A stretch of DNA of 57,684 nt from Mesotaenium endlicherianum (Eukaryota): positions 1-57,684 of the forward strand of contig WELA01002751.1 of assembly GCA_009602735.1 (NCBI GenBank), written 5' to 3'. The notes beneath the pieces were generated by a model that was not told where the DNA came from, searched no databases, and saw nothing but the letters and a program-made list of their open reading frames with translations. Of this stretch, positions 1 to 11,089 are shown one piece after another. Both the position numbers and the translations under genes were made by a program. The first letter of the stretch is position 1. The number at the start of each line of letters is the position of its first letter.

Positions 1-169
1 AACTGATAATTATGTAAAGTCCAGCAGACTGATTATTACTAAAGTTCAGCAGACTGACTATTAACTAAAGTTCAGCACACTGACTACTAACTAAAGTTCA
101 GCAGGCTGAACTAAATTAACTATTATATTTAAATGGATATTGTATCTACTAATATACTGATTCATTACA
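1..169 (-). repeat. A-type LTR, partial; contains four copies of a 25-26 bp tandem unit (15-113)
   Basis: Ends ...TACTGATTCATTACA like 6558-6572; unit TAAAGT(T/C)CAGCAGACTGA starts at 15, 40, 66 and 92. Confidence 0.85.
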
Positions 170-500
170 GCGCCATCCTGTGCATGTAACCAGGGCACAA
201 GTTAGTAGGGTATGGACCTTTGTCATAGGGATTGCAGGAAGTATGTTAGTATTAGTATAGTGGATTCGATGCTGTTTACCTTACAGGATGATTGCTAAAA
301 GTTGACGTAGTTGCGATGCGCTAAACATAAACGTATGATTGTGTTGCAGGGTGAGTTAAGTGATGTAGTGTTATGCAAGGCCCTTTTTCCTTCAGCTCAA
401 GGTGCTTTATGTGGGCCAGGCTGTCCCCTCTGTCGCTATGCTGACACTTATGATTTACGTAATTGTCCCTTTATCGCTCTCGCTCACTAACTGTCATATA

Positions 501-516
501 TTTTCCCCTCCAACTT
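501..516 (-). other. Polypurine tract of element A
   Basis: Minus strand AAGTTGGAGGGGAAAA about 50 bp after the pol stop, preceded by hairpin GACAGG-CGGT-CCTGTC; a similar AAGTTGGAGGAA abuts the A-type LTR at 36896. Confidence 0.7.
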
Positions 517-566
517 AAATGGAGACAGGACCGCCTGTCACCTTTCCGTGTCAACTGAAATGACAG

Positions 567-3500
567 TTATGAAGGGACTCCAGCGGCCCGAAGGTGGAAC
601 CGTTTCAACGCCCCTTTGGCATTGGTCAAGTGGTCCTTAAATTCCCAAGTGTCCCCAGAGGCATCGTAACCCTTCCATCGAATGAGGTATTTCATGACAT
701 ATTTAGACGATCGACGGACCGAGCGAGCGTCTAAAATCTCATCGACCTCATATTCCTCAGGGTCGCCGTCCCGGACAGCGGGGACCGGTCCCGGTTGGAC
801 AGGTAACCGACCTGTGAACAGTGTATCACCTTTGATGTATGGTTCCAGGAAGGAGACATTAAAGACCGGGTGGCCCTTGTATTCAGCTGACATGTTCAGT
901 TTGTAAGCATTCTGACCGACACGACGTACCACCGAATACGGACCGACCCAGACAGGGCCAAGCTTTTTCTTGACCACACCAGGGAGGTACAGGTGCTGAG
1001 AATGCAGTTTGACTAAATCCCCCTTGGAAAATGTCAGTTCCCGACGGTGTTGATTAGCGTATTTTTGTTGGTTTTCTTGGGCCGTGTGCAAGTTTCGTTG
1101 GACTTCTGACAGGGTGTCAGCAAACTCCTGAGTTAACTGGAGGGAGACCGGGTTGTCAATCCCTTCAGGGTGAGTTAAAGATTCCCCTAGCACATCTAGA
1201 GGAGACTTAGGGACTCTACCCAGGCTGAGTTCAAAAGGAGTTTTGCCCGTTGACGCGTGCACCGCACTGTTGACCGCAAACTGAATTTGAGGCAACAGGT
1301 CATCCCAATTATCTTGTTTTTGGTTAATATATGCTCTCAGCACCTCCTGCAGAACTCGGTTAGTTCTTTCAGTCTGCCCATCAGTCTGAGGGTGGTTTGC
1401 TGTGCTGAGCAGCTGTTTGACTCCCATTAACCCCATTAAAGCTCTCCAGAACTTAGAGGTGAATTTTGAGTCTCTGTCTGAGATGATATTAGAAGGGAGC
1501 CCATGTTGGCATACTACATGGTTGTAAAACTGTCTCGCTGTTTCGAGTGCAGTCACTTTGACAGTTGTGGGGATAAAAATGACCATTTTTGTCAGTTTAT
1601 CCACGACTACCAGTATTGAATCATGCCCATTGGCAGTTCTTGGTAGTGAGACCACCCAGTCCATGGATATAGTTTCCCAGCGTCCAGCTGGGATGGGCAG
1701 CGGTTGCAAGAGACCTCCGGGTGGTGTGTGCCGAGACTTATTTCTCTGACACTGGTCACAGGACTTGACATATTTCAAGACCTCCCGGGGTAACCCCTCC
1801 CAATGATAATGTTTTGCCAGTTTGCCAACAGTTTTGGCCTGCCCCAAATGTCCACCCAGGAGACTGTCATGCGCTTGACTCAGTAAGAGAGACCTTATTT
1901 CCAAGTTATTAGGAATGACCAGCTTCAGCCTGCCTGAAGTGGTTTCAGTCACCCAGACCCCTCCCTTAAGCTTATACCCGAGTGCAGTAGCACGACACAC
2001 ACCAGTAGTGGGGCTGGGCTCAAATGTTGGGTCAGAAAGGTAGGCTTACCTAAGTTGTTCTAGGAAGGACTTTTTCACCTTTAGTGAAGTGAGTGCACAC
2101 CGGACTTTATCTACAGCATGCTGACTAAAGTTCCTTTCTTGCAAGTCAAGTCTTCTAGAGAGTGCATCAGCAGGATTCAACTTCCCTGGTTTGTAGTCGA
2201 TCTGGACTTGGAACTGCTCCAGCGGTTCTCCCTCCTCGACAGCTTGGACTTCATCTCAAAGTGAGTCAGAGCTAGATGATTTGTAATCACCTTAAACGCT
2301 TTACCATGTAAGTATGCTCTCCACTGTTTAAGTACATGAATGATAGCTAGTAGCTCTTTATCATGCACTGAGTAATTAATCTCCGCTGGATTAAATTTCA
2401 TAGCCTCATACAACACAGGTTGCCACTCCTGCCGTACCTTACCATCCTTTGTGGTTTTGTCAGCAGGCTGCAACAAAATAGCACCCATGGCAAATTCAGA
2501 GGCATCAGTAACCACCTGCACCGGTTTGCTGGGGTCATACACGGCTAGCACTGGGGCAGAACAAAGGGCATCTTTAAGGGTCTGGAAGGCAGCCTGCTGC
2601 TCTTCCCCCCACACATACGCGATATCTTTCTTAGTAATGTTAGTCAGTTTACTGGCCTTTGTGGAATAATTTTCAATAAATCTCCTATAGTAGTTAGCCA
2701 ACCCGAGGAAGGATCTAACTTCAGAGACAGACTGTGGTACTGGCCAGTCCCTTATGGTCTGGACTTTCTTAGGATCCACACTGATGCCCTCTTTACTGAC
2801 AACGTGGCCTAAGAATTCAATACTTTCCTTAAAGAAATCACACTTGCTCATTTTAGCATATAAGTGATTTTTCCGCAGAGTGTCCAGGACTGTCTTTAAG
2901 TGTTCAGTGTGCTGAGCTTCATCTTTAGAGAAAATTAAAATATCATCCAGGAAAACTTGCACAAACTTATCCAAATAAGGTCTGAAAATGTCATTCATAG
3001 CACCCATGAAGGTAGCAGGAGCATTAGTCAGTCCAAATGGCATCACGTTGAACTCATAGTGTCCATAACGTGTGCGGAAGGCAGTCTTGTGTTCATCCCC
3101 CTCAGCAATTCTGATTTGATGATAACCACTCTTGAGATCTATCTTACTGAACACCTTAGCGCCAGACAGGGTATCAAGCAAGTCCTCGATTCTGGGTAAA
3201 GCATACTTGTTCTTTACTGTAATTCTGTTCAGGGCTCTGTAATCCACACACATCCGCATACTGCCATCCTTTTTCTTAACAAATAGGATGGGTGCGCCGT
3301 AAGGTGATTTACTGGGAGAAATATAACCATTTTCCTCAAGCTCTGCAATCTGTGTTTTCAACTCCTCGCTCTCCACATAAGACAAGCCATACGTGCGTTG
3401 CCAAGGTGGCTGACTCCCAGGTAATAGATCAATCCTATGATCTACTTCCCTCTTAGGGGGTAGTCCTGGAGGCATATTAAATACATCCGTGTACTGAGCA

Positions 3501-4363
3501 ACAATTTTTGCAGCAGTAGGGTGCTCCGGAGGGCTTACCTTTTTCTCAACCACTTCTTCAGGTTGAGGAGGTACCTCTCTTAGCAGCAGACAGAACATTC
3601 TGTCTTCCTTCTGGTTCCAGCTTTTGACGAACTCCATTGCATTCAGCAACTTGCATCCTTCTGGAAGCCTCTTCTTTTCCTTCATTTGCCATCCACACAG
3701 GACAAGAGGAAGAGCACTGGTGGGTGCCAAGTCAGTCTGCCCATCACTGGCTCCTCTCACTTTAACTGTACCTCTGCTCCAACACACTTCAGCTTGATGT
3801 CTATTAAGCCAGGACCTGCCTAGCACGAGATCATAAAAGCCAGTGTTGAGTACCTCAAATGTAAGCGTTTCAGTTAGAACTGCAATGCCAGAACCTAACT
3901 GGACCTCAATAGGCTTGGTTATAACTCCTCCCGGGATACTTGAGGCATCTCCAAGGAATATTTTTCTATTCCCTTGGGTGACAGTAGGCAGCCTTAGCCG
4001 CTTAACTAAGTCCTTGTGGATAAAAGTATGTGACGCCCCTCCGTCAACAAATGCCCTCACCTTCCTACCTGCAATCATGCAATGCAGTAGGATAGGGGGG
4101 ACTGTCTTTTCCTGACTTTCGCATTGTTCTCCTGACGTAGCAAAGAAATGTTGGACATCAGGTGGAACAAGAGCATCCAGAGTGTGCACTCTCTGGACGT
4201 CTATATTGCTGATGGTCTCCTTTATCTGGTTGTCAGGCATGCATAGTGAATCCAGTTCAGCAGGACCCATAATACCTGCTACGAGGGCAGCTAGTGACGA
4301 CTCACTATCTCTAGCATCCTCACAGTCAGTAGACTGGATTACTGACTGTTGCTGTCTTTTAAA
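567..4363 (-). pseudogene. pol: pol of element A (PR, RT, RNase H, integrase, chromodomain), disrupted
   Basis: [20 protein letters not shown]...FLDD; RH VTDAS; INT HHCC and HPQTDGQTER; chromodomain YEVDEIL...YLIRWKGY...DTWE. Frameshifting deletion near 2220 and a stop near 2047. Confidence 0.95.
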
Positions 4364-5817
4364 GGCTGGTCTTTTCTCTCGACCTTAGGCAGGTGCTTGA
4401 CCGGACACTGTTCTCTGTAGTGGCCTTTCTGCTGACAATGGTAGCAAGTAGATTTTGCTGAGGCTGGTCTCGGCTTAGTCCTACCACCACCCCTTCCATA
4501 GCCACCTCGAGAGGGACCACCTCTACCTCTAGACTGAATAGCATTGTACTCATACTCATATTCATCACCCTGATTATCCTCAGCCTGGTCTCCTTCAACT
4601 GCATTGTAGGAACCGTGGGGCTTTTTGACAATCTTAGACACCAAAGCGTTACTCTGGCGCTTGTGATTGAACTGCTGCTGATCCCAGGCGTCAGCATCCT
4701 GGATCAAGTCAGCCAGTTTCTCATACTTTTTCTCAGCAAAATGACCAGAGACCTCGGATTTCAAGCCATACCTGAAGTATGCTATCCTATACCGTTCTGG
4801 CAAATCTGGCTGCTTCATCATGTAATCTTGGAACTTTTGAGCAAACTCAGCAACTGAAGTGGTCTGCTTCGGTGTCAGGGAGATCATCGCATGGATAGCT
4901 TTCTCCTGCTGGTTGATGACATCAAACTTCTCATGCAACTTCTCGACAAACTCTACCCACGTAGGGTCACCGAGTTGCCGAGCCTTACGCTCTTCCTTCC
5001 AGTAAAGCCACCAGTCTGCGGCACTGCCTTTCAGTAGCGCACCGGTGTGCCTGACCTTCTCGTAATCTTGCAGTTCTGGGTAGTTCTCCAGCCACTGCTC
5101 AACATCCGCGAGAAACTTGATCAGGTAATATTTTCTGTTTCCCTCAGGATCATAGTCCTGGGGAGGTTTCGGCTTGGGCTTACTAGGCCCTCGGCCACCA
5201 CCACTAGTGGTGTGAGACCCCAGTTGGTCTCTGTCCCGCAGTAGGGACATTATGATTCTTTTGTCCTCCTGCTGGGACTGATACATGGTCGCCATTTGCG
5301 ACTGCATTTGAACGAACAATGCTCCCAAGTCTACACTCTGGGGTGGTAGTCTAGCAAATGCAGCAGCAGCATTGGCATCTACTCGCTGAGTAGTGTCCTC
5401 AACAGTCCCTCTCGCTCCTGCAGCAGCAATTCCTGCCGCATTCAGCCGGTCACGTATTTGACCTAGGGGTACGTTGAGTTGTACAGCAGGGGGTGGGTTT
5501 AGAACATTGGCCCTGGATGCCATGAGTTCCTCGACAGTGCGCTCGTCAGTTGGCTGTCTTTCCCTCCTTTCTGTACCTTCCGCGGCCTTTGCTACTTGTT
5601 CAGCTTCTAATCTGGCTCTCTCCTCCTCAGCTTGCTGAGCTGCGACTGAGGCAATAGCAGCTGCCTCCTCTGCAGCCTCCCTAGCTGCAGTATCTGCTAC
5701 TGCTTCCGAATAGGTACGGCTTCCCGCTACATGGCTTTCCGCCTGGTTCTCGACATTCTCGTTCTCCTGGTTCTCCATGTCTCGGGAGTTGCTAGTTTGA
5801 GACCTTGTCCTTACCAT
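4339..5817 (-). CDS. gag: Gag of element A (492 aa)
   Basis: Starts just after the PBS; capsid-like LKGSAADWW...[12 protein letters not shown] tract; CCHC knuckle [14 protein letters not shown]. Confidence 0.92.
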   Translation of the reverse strand: MVRTRSQTSNSRDMENQENENVENQAESHVAGSRTYSEAVADTAAREAAEEAAAIASVAAQQAEEERARLEAEQVAKAAEGTERRERQPTDERTVEELMASRANVLNPPPAVQLNVPLGQIRDRLNAAGIAAAGARGTVEDTTQRVDANAAAAFARLPPQSVDLGALFVQMQSQMATMYQSQQEDKRIIMSLLRDRDQLGSHTTSGGGRGPSKPKPKPPQDYDPEGNRKYYLIKFLADVEQWLENYPELQDYEKVRHTGALLKGSAADWWLYWKEERKARQLGDPTWVEFVEKLHEKFDVINQQEKAIHAMISLTPKQTTSVAEFAQKFQDYMMKQPDLPERYRIAYFRYGLKSEVSGHFAEKKYEKLADLIQDADAWDQQQFNHKRQSNALVSKIVKKPHGSYNAVEGDQAEDNQGDEYEYEYNAIQSRGRGGPSRGGYGRGGGRTKPRPASAKSTCYHCQQKGHYREQCPVKHLPKVERKDQPLKDSNSQ

Positions 5818-5838
5818 ACAAAGAAGACTGTGATAGTC

Positions 5839-5850
5839 GCTCCGATACCA
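5839..5850 (-). other. Primer-binding site (tRNA-iMet type), element A
   Basis: Minus strand TGGTATCGGAGC 1 nt after the LTR end. Confidence 0.9.
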
Positions 5851-5851
5851 C

Positions 5852-6572
5852 TGAAATAAATCGACTTACCAAATAAGCGATTTACAATTAATATAGATCT
5901 TTATATCAGCAAGTAATCTTTATGGTAATTTCCGTTAACTGGTTAAACGGCAAAGGACAACACACTAGCAGTGAATAATACTCGTAAGTCAAATGCGAGT
6001 GAACTAGCATCCATAATGCAAATCGGTAAACTCATACATAAGCAAGGTTAGAAGACAGTGCGTATCAATGGCTTCTCGCCTTGGATTCAGATCTCTCTCA
6101 GTAAGCTGTACAAGAGAGTTGGCCTCGTTTCCGAATGCCGAACTCGAGAGCAATGCCTAGCGTATGTATATAGAATGAGTTTACTGTTCAACGGTCAGTG
6201 CGATGGCACCGCCTACCCGGGAGTTAACCACGTTGGTAGGACCTCGGTTAACCAAATCCACCGCCATCTCCCATCATCCCGAATCGCCATCCATCATAGG
6301 GATGTCATCTGGCCATTCATCTAGCAGACCACACTTAGATGCATATCGAGGCAGTTCGCTGCTATCGAGTACGGAAGTCAGCCGGCTGTCAAAGAATGTG
6401 TCAGCAAGCTGACTTAAGGTGACCTCAGCTTGCTACTTCCGGCCAAGTCATTAAACTGATATTAAGTATAAAGTCCAGCAGACTGATTGTTAAGTAGAGT
6501 TCCGCAGGCTGAACTTATTTAACTATATTATTTAAATGAATATTATATCAACCAGTATACTGATTCATTACA
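5852..6572 (-). repeat. 5' LTR of element A (721 bp)
   Basis: TG...CA termini; homologous over its length to the solo LTR at 16130-16820. Confidence 0.92.
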
Positions 6573-8009
6573 CAAACCCTCTCACAAACATTCCTTAGCT
6601 TGCGAATCCTTTGCTCTCTCTCGCGGCCACAACAATGCTAATTGTTCCCTATTTCGCTCGTCCTAGCTCCTACGGCTTGCTCTAGGATTAAATGTGCTCG
6701 CCCTCGCCCTAGCTTGTCACATATAAAGCTAACTTTTCGTATACGGGTTAGTAGCTAGGGGCGGGTGTAGCCACCCGCGGGGCGGACAACTTCAATGTCT
6801 TACACAAACATGGCTGACGAGCTTGGACTATGCCCTGTGCTACTGGTGCTTGTTGAAGTGGAGGAAGCTGCAATATGAGAAGTTGCCGATGCTGCAAGTC
6901 TAATGGATGTACAAGTTCTAAACCAGTGCAGCTGGAGAAGGAATAATGTGAACACATTCAGCAAATGGCAAAAGGCGGCGAGTCAAAATTTACAACCAAG
7001 GGAAGAATCACTGTAACAACAATAAGCAACAATAGGTGAAACATAGTCATTTGGAATAACAAAAATACGAATGAAAATTATAGAAACCCCACCCCAACCC
7101 ACCCCATCCTACCTCTTGTCTGCATAGAAAATCTTACATAACACATAAAACTCGTACTCTAGGACTGCGTCAAGAATACAATCAGCTCCTGCCTGTAGTG
7201 CCCGCATACCGTCAGACATGCTGCTCTAAATCTTGAGAGCCTTCTCCAACCTGTGAAGTAGTGTATCATAATCCTCCCTTGCTTCTTCCAACCGCATGTG
7301 TGTTTTAGTAGTCTTATGAATGGATGGCGAAGTGATGATTTCGTTATCTTTTATGTGATCCATGTAAGCTTCAACGAGGTGTTACATGCAAATAGTACGA
7401 GCTCGTAGGTCCTCGACAATTTTCTCCATGACTTGTAGCAAACTCTTGTAGTCTTCATTATGATATCTAGTGCAGGATTTAATTTATAAATAGAGGCCTA
7501 TTCCCTCTAACGCTCGCGAGGATTCTTCAGTATATTACATGACACAGATACAAGTAAGGCAGTAGATACAAAGGCGGGTGAACGTGTGTGTGGTACTAAG
7601 TTGCGTGGCCTCAGTAGAATACAACTTATTGAAACTATCAAAATAGTTGAAGGCCCATACAAGAAGATATGTAGCAGCTGCAAAAAAAGGCGAAGGGTGA
7701 GGGAAGATTGAGGGCAGGAGAGGAACAAATAAAAACTTTCATCCATCCTATTTTGAACGACAACTTTCGAGGCTCCACAAGGTGCCTCCCCCTTGACGTG
7801 TGCACTGGCGCGAGTGGTTCATACGTGCAAAAGACTTACGTGAATGTCTTAAGTTTTGAAAATTGACTCCAGAAATTAAACCGACACATTTCAAATATAT
7901 TTACAAAAGTGCTGTCGATTTAAACGCGTACCTCGTCGTACAGACGTTCTTAGTATTTTCATTTGTATGGTACGACAAAAAAGGGCTGTACGCACAAATT
8001 TCAAAAATA

Positions 8010-8310
8010 GGGCGTGTGCGTACCATCAATTTTAATGGCGTTCTCACCCTTGAGGATTCTGATGGTAGAACCATTCGTGAGAACATGAAGAACTGCGCAC
8101 CTTGTCACTTGCCCAATATATGTAATGAAGTTGATCCTTTGCAAGCCATTGTTCCTGCTAACCACCCTTGTCAAGGGTGTGGTTTCTATGCGTCGTCCCG
8201 CTTCTATGGTGCTGTGCGATCGTTGTAATGCTGGTTGGCACTTACTTGTTTGTCCCCACCTTTGCATTAAATTCTCACAGGTGATTGGTTCTGCCCTTCG
8301 TGCAACCCAA
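8010..8310 (+). pseudogene. C-terminal remnant of a probable gypsy integrase carrying a PHD finger
   Basis: GVLTLEDSDGRTIRENMKNCAPCHLPNI followed, across two frameshifts, by CQGCG...MVLCDRCNAGWH..CLSPPL..ILTGDWFCPSC (C4-H-C3 spacing). Confidence 0.7.
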
Positions 8311-9277
8311 CACCCTAGCCTAGGATAGCCTCATTACTCTTCTCCCTTCCTTTCCTCTGTTTGTTGCCTCGTTTTCTTGTTGCACATGCAGGTCCCTCCC
8401 TCCTTGTGGGAGCAGTCTTTGTTTGTAGGAGCTCGTGGGCTCCCTCCGCTGCTGCTCACCCCCGTCGTTGCTGACGCGCTCCGAGCGGATTTCTTGGAGG
8501 CCTTGCATACTCTCGTCGACTACCCTTCCGCCGATGGCCGTTATTTGCCCGTGTCTCCTACCCCGTCAACGTTCGCTACGTTCATCACCTGGAGTACCTT
8601 CCGCCCACGTTTTCTTACCCCAGCTTGCCGGAGGTCGTTCTCTCATCCGTCGTCCCCGACGATCCTCTCTTGTCTCCCAATATTTACTTTTCAGCCTCAA
8701 CCTCATCCCCTTGCCTTCAATTGGGGGTGGGCGTTTTATAGTTCATTTTGCCTTAGCCAGTAGGTGCCTAGTTGCCCAACAGTGCACAGTTCAGACTCCT
8801 ACCATTCTTTTTGCTTTTGCAGCTAATAAGCTGTGGGCTTTTCCCCCAGTTAGGAAGGCATTTTACCCACAACACATAGGTTAGCCTGTCAGTGTCCAGT
8901 CTGGGAAGTAGTCCCTGCTTTGAGTATGTTCTTTGTTGTTGGGGTTCTTTCTTACCTCAGTAGTATCGATGCCTAGTGTCTGCGGCCAGCATCCGTTCCG
9001 AAAGTCCTTCCTATATTGAGCTAGATGCATGTTCAAAGGGGTGGGAAGGATGGGATGGTAGATTCGAGGGCTGCTCCAGTTAGGAGTTTGCTGAACTCGG
9101 TGTCACTAATTTTCAGTGCGCCCATGAGGACCGCCTTTGAGCTGCCATGAGATGCTCCCTAAGTATGTTGGTCTCGTTGACTTTCACATGCGCTTTGCCA
9201 GTGCAGATAGCAAGTCCACATGAAGTAGTTCATTAATTCTATAGACAACCGACTTGCGTGACTATAAACACTCTGAG

Positions 9278-10021
9278 TGTAAGGTCATAGGTCTATAAAG
9301 TGCTTTTTTGAGTTTCATAGAATTATGTTTTGATTGTACATTCATGTAGAGTGCATTTTTGTGGTCATTTTGATATAAAGTTCATCGAATTCGGTCAAGT
9401 ATTGAGAGAGTTAGGGATTTCAGAAGTTTAATTAGTTTTGAGGTCGGTTGACGACTGTCCTTAATTCGTGGTGAGCGCGACCGTCGGACTGACCGACAAT
9501 GTCGAGCAATCTGGCCCGTTAGTGTGAACTCGAACCTTCACGTAAGTTCGACTGACGCGGAGTGCCGACTAGGTCGATTTACCTAGAAGTTTCGGTTTAG
9601 CCTAGCGCGTCTAAGATAGAATATTCTAGTAATGTCAATGCATGTATGTGGATGTCAATTCGGCCCGACACGTCAGATTAGACTGCTCTGGCTTACTCAC
9701 GAATATTCTAGAAGGGACGATCTGACGAACACTTAGGAAAATCCGTAACTTCCTCCTAGGGAAGAGCACTTAGGCAGAAAATTATAAATAGGCACAACTT
9801 CTTTGTTTCTCATCAGTTTTCACTTCTGTAAATTTCTACGCGTTTGTAATGACAAGGCCTTCCATCCTACATCATTTGTGAGCAGTTTCTTGCTATTAAA
9901 AATGTCAAGTAAATTTCCTAAGCTTTGTTAGTGACATGCGGCTGCACACTCTAGTATGATTGCAACTAGTTCCTTGCCTCGTGAGTTACTACGCTTCCAC
10001 GAGGGCACTCTGTCCCTTTCA
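9278..10021 (+). repeat. 5' LTR of B1 (744 bp)
   Basis: Direct repeat of 14676-15411; TATAAATA at ~9783. Confidence 0.95.
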
Positions 10022-10058
10022 TCTAGTATCGGAGCTGGGCTAGTTTGCATAGTATATT

Positions 10059-11089
10059 ATGGAGTCGCAGTCGGCAGCTGGAGGAGGCAAACATGTCGAG
10101 CATGCTGAGCGCGCGGAGCAGCAGGCAGCACCAACGATGACCAGAGAGCAACAAGAGATGCAGGCGATGCTAAGGCAAATGACGACTGCAATTGGAGGAG
10201 AAGTCTACACCCAGTTTCAACAAAATATGCGCGCGGAGGTGGAGAGAATGGTGCGAGTTGTTATGGGGAACACCGCTTCAACGAGTTCGGCACCTACACC
10301 TGTTGTGCCACCAATTCATGTTAACCCAGTGGTGCAACCAGTCATTCCACCCGCATCGGGAGTGCGTGCGCCTAAGCCTGAAGTTTATACTGGAGAGCGT
10401 GGATCGCCGCCTGTTCATCAGTGGATTTTTGGAGTGAAGAAGTTTATGGAGTACTCTGCGCTCATGCCCAACTGGCAAGTCGCCTTTGTCATAACTTTGC
10501 TGCAGAAGAAAGCTGAAGCTTGGTATGAACGAGAAGAGCAGCTGTCTGGAGTCCCTGCTACTGTTGATCAGCTCTTTGAAGGCTTGAAGAGGCAATTTCA
10601 ATCTATTGCACCCGAGGCTACCGCTCGAGATCTATTGGTGCGCCTTCGTCGGCGAGGAAGCGTTCAGGAGTATGTATTGCGCTTCAACGAGCTGGTGCTT
10701 CAATGTCCATCCATGCACGAGTCGAAAATGATGAACAAGTTCAAGAGCGGACTCAAGCCAACTGTGGCCAAGGAAGTGGCGCTCAAGGACCCTACCAATC
10801 TTGGAGAAATGATGGCATTGGCAACAAGGGTCGACGCTGTGGAGTATAGTCAGAGGCAGTGGGGCAGCCACAACTTTGGAGGATATCGACACTTTGGATC
10901 TCAAGCGCCAAGCACGAGTGGACAAGGTCCAGTCCCTATGGAGTTGGGACTTGTGCAGTACCAGCGCAGGCAGCAAAATTTCAAGCCGAGAGGACCCTGC
11001 TATGATTGCGGCAAGCTTGGACATCTCGCTTGAGAATGTCATGTAAAGGCGAAGCAACCTCAACAGCATGAAAAGGAGGACGCCAGTAA
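10059..11089 (+). pseudogene. gag: gag of B1; premature stop inside the CCHC knuckle
   Basis: PKPEVYTG, GPVPMELG, CYDCGKLGHLA*EC; TGA at 11031 where copy B2 has CGA. Confidence 0.92.

Larger units (their letters stand above)
1..6572 (-). mobile_element. Ty3/gypsy chromovirus, family A; degenerate, runs off the left window edge
   Basis: Minus-strand order: LTR 6572-5852 (TG...CA), PBS 5850-5839, gag, PR-RT-RH-INT-chromodomain, PPT 516-501, then an A-type LTR at 169-1. Confidence 0.95.

Noticed and set aside
15..113. Tandem 26-bp units as a CRISPR-like array
   Set aside because: No unique spacers; the units lie inside an LTR of a eukaryotic retrotransposon.
682..5244. Short plus-strand ORFs overlapping element A (likewise antisense ORFs in B and C)
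   Set aside because: Shadow frames of gag/pol with no recognisable motifs.
6058..6412. ORF MRINGFSPW... also present at 16366-16632
   Set aside because: The recurrence is explained by LTR homology; non-ATG start and antisense to the element.
6755..6782. Hairpin GCGGGTG-TAGC-CACCCGC next to CTAG as a Helitron 3' end
   Set aside because: Hairpin-to-CTAG spacing is too short, and no 5' TC end or AT target was identified.
7747..8011. CCTATTTTGAA...TTCAAAAATAGG as MITE TIRs
   Set aside because: Only ~11 bp, AT-rich, no TSD.
8735..8975. Possible LTR after the G-rich tract at 8722, followed by PBS-like TAGTATCGATGCC
   Set aside because: No TG start, no second copy in the window, and the PBS match is imperfect.
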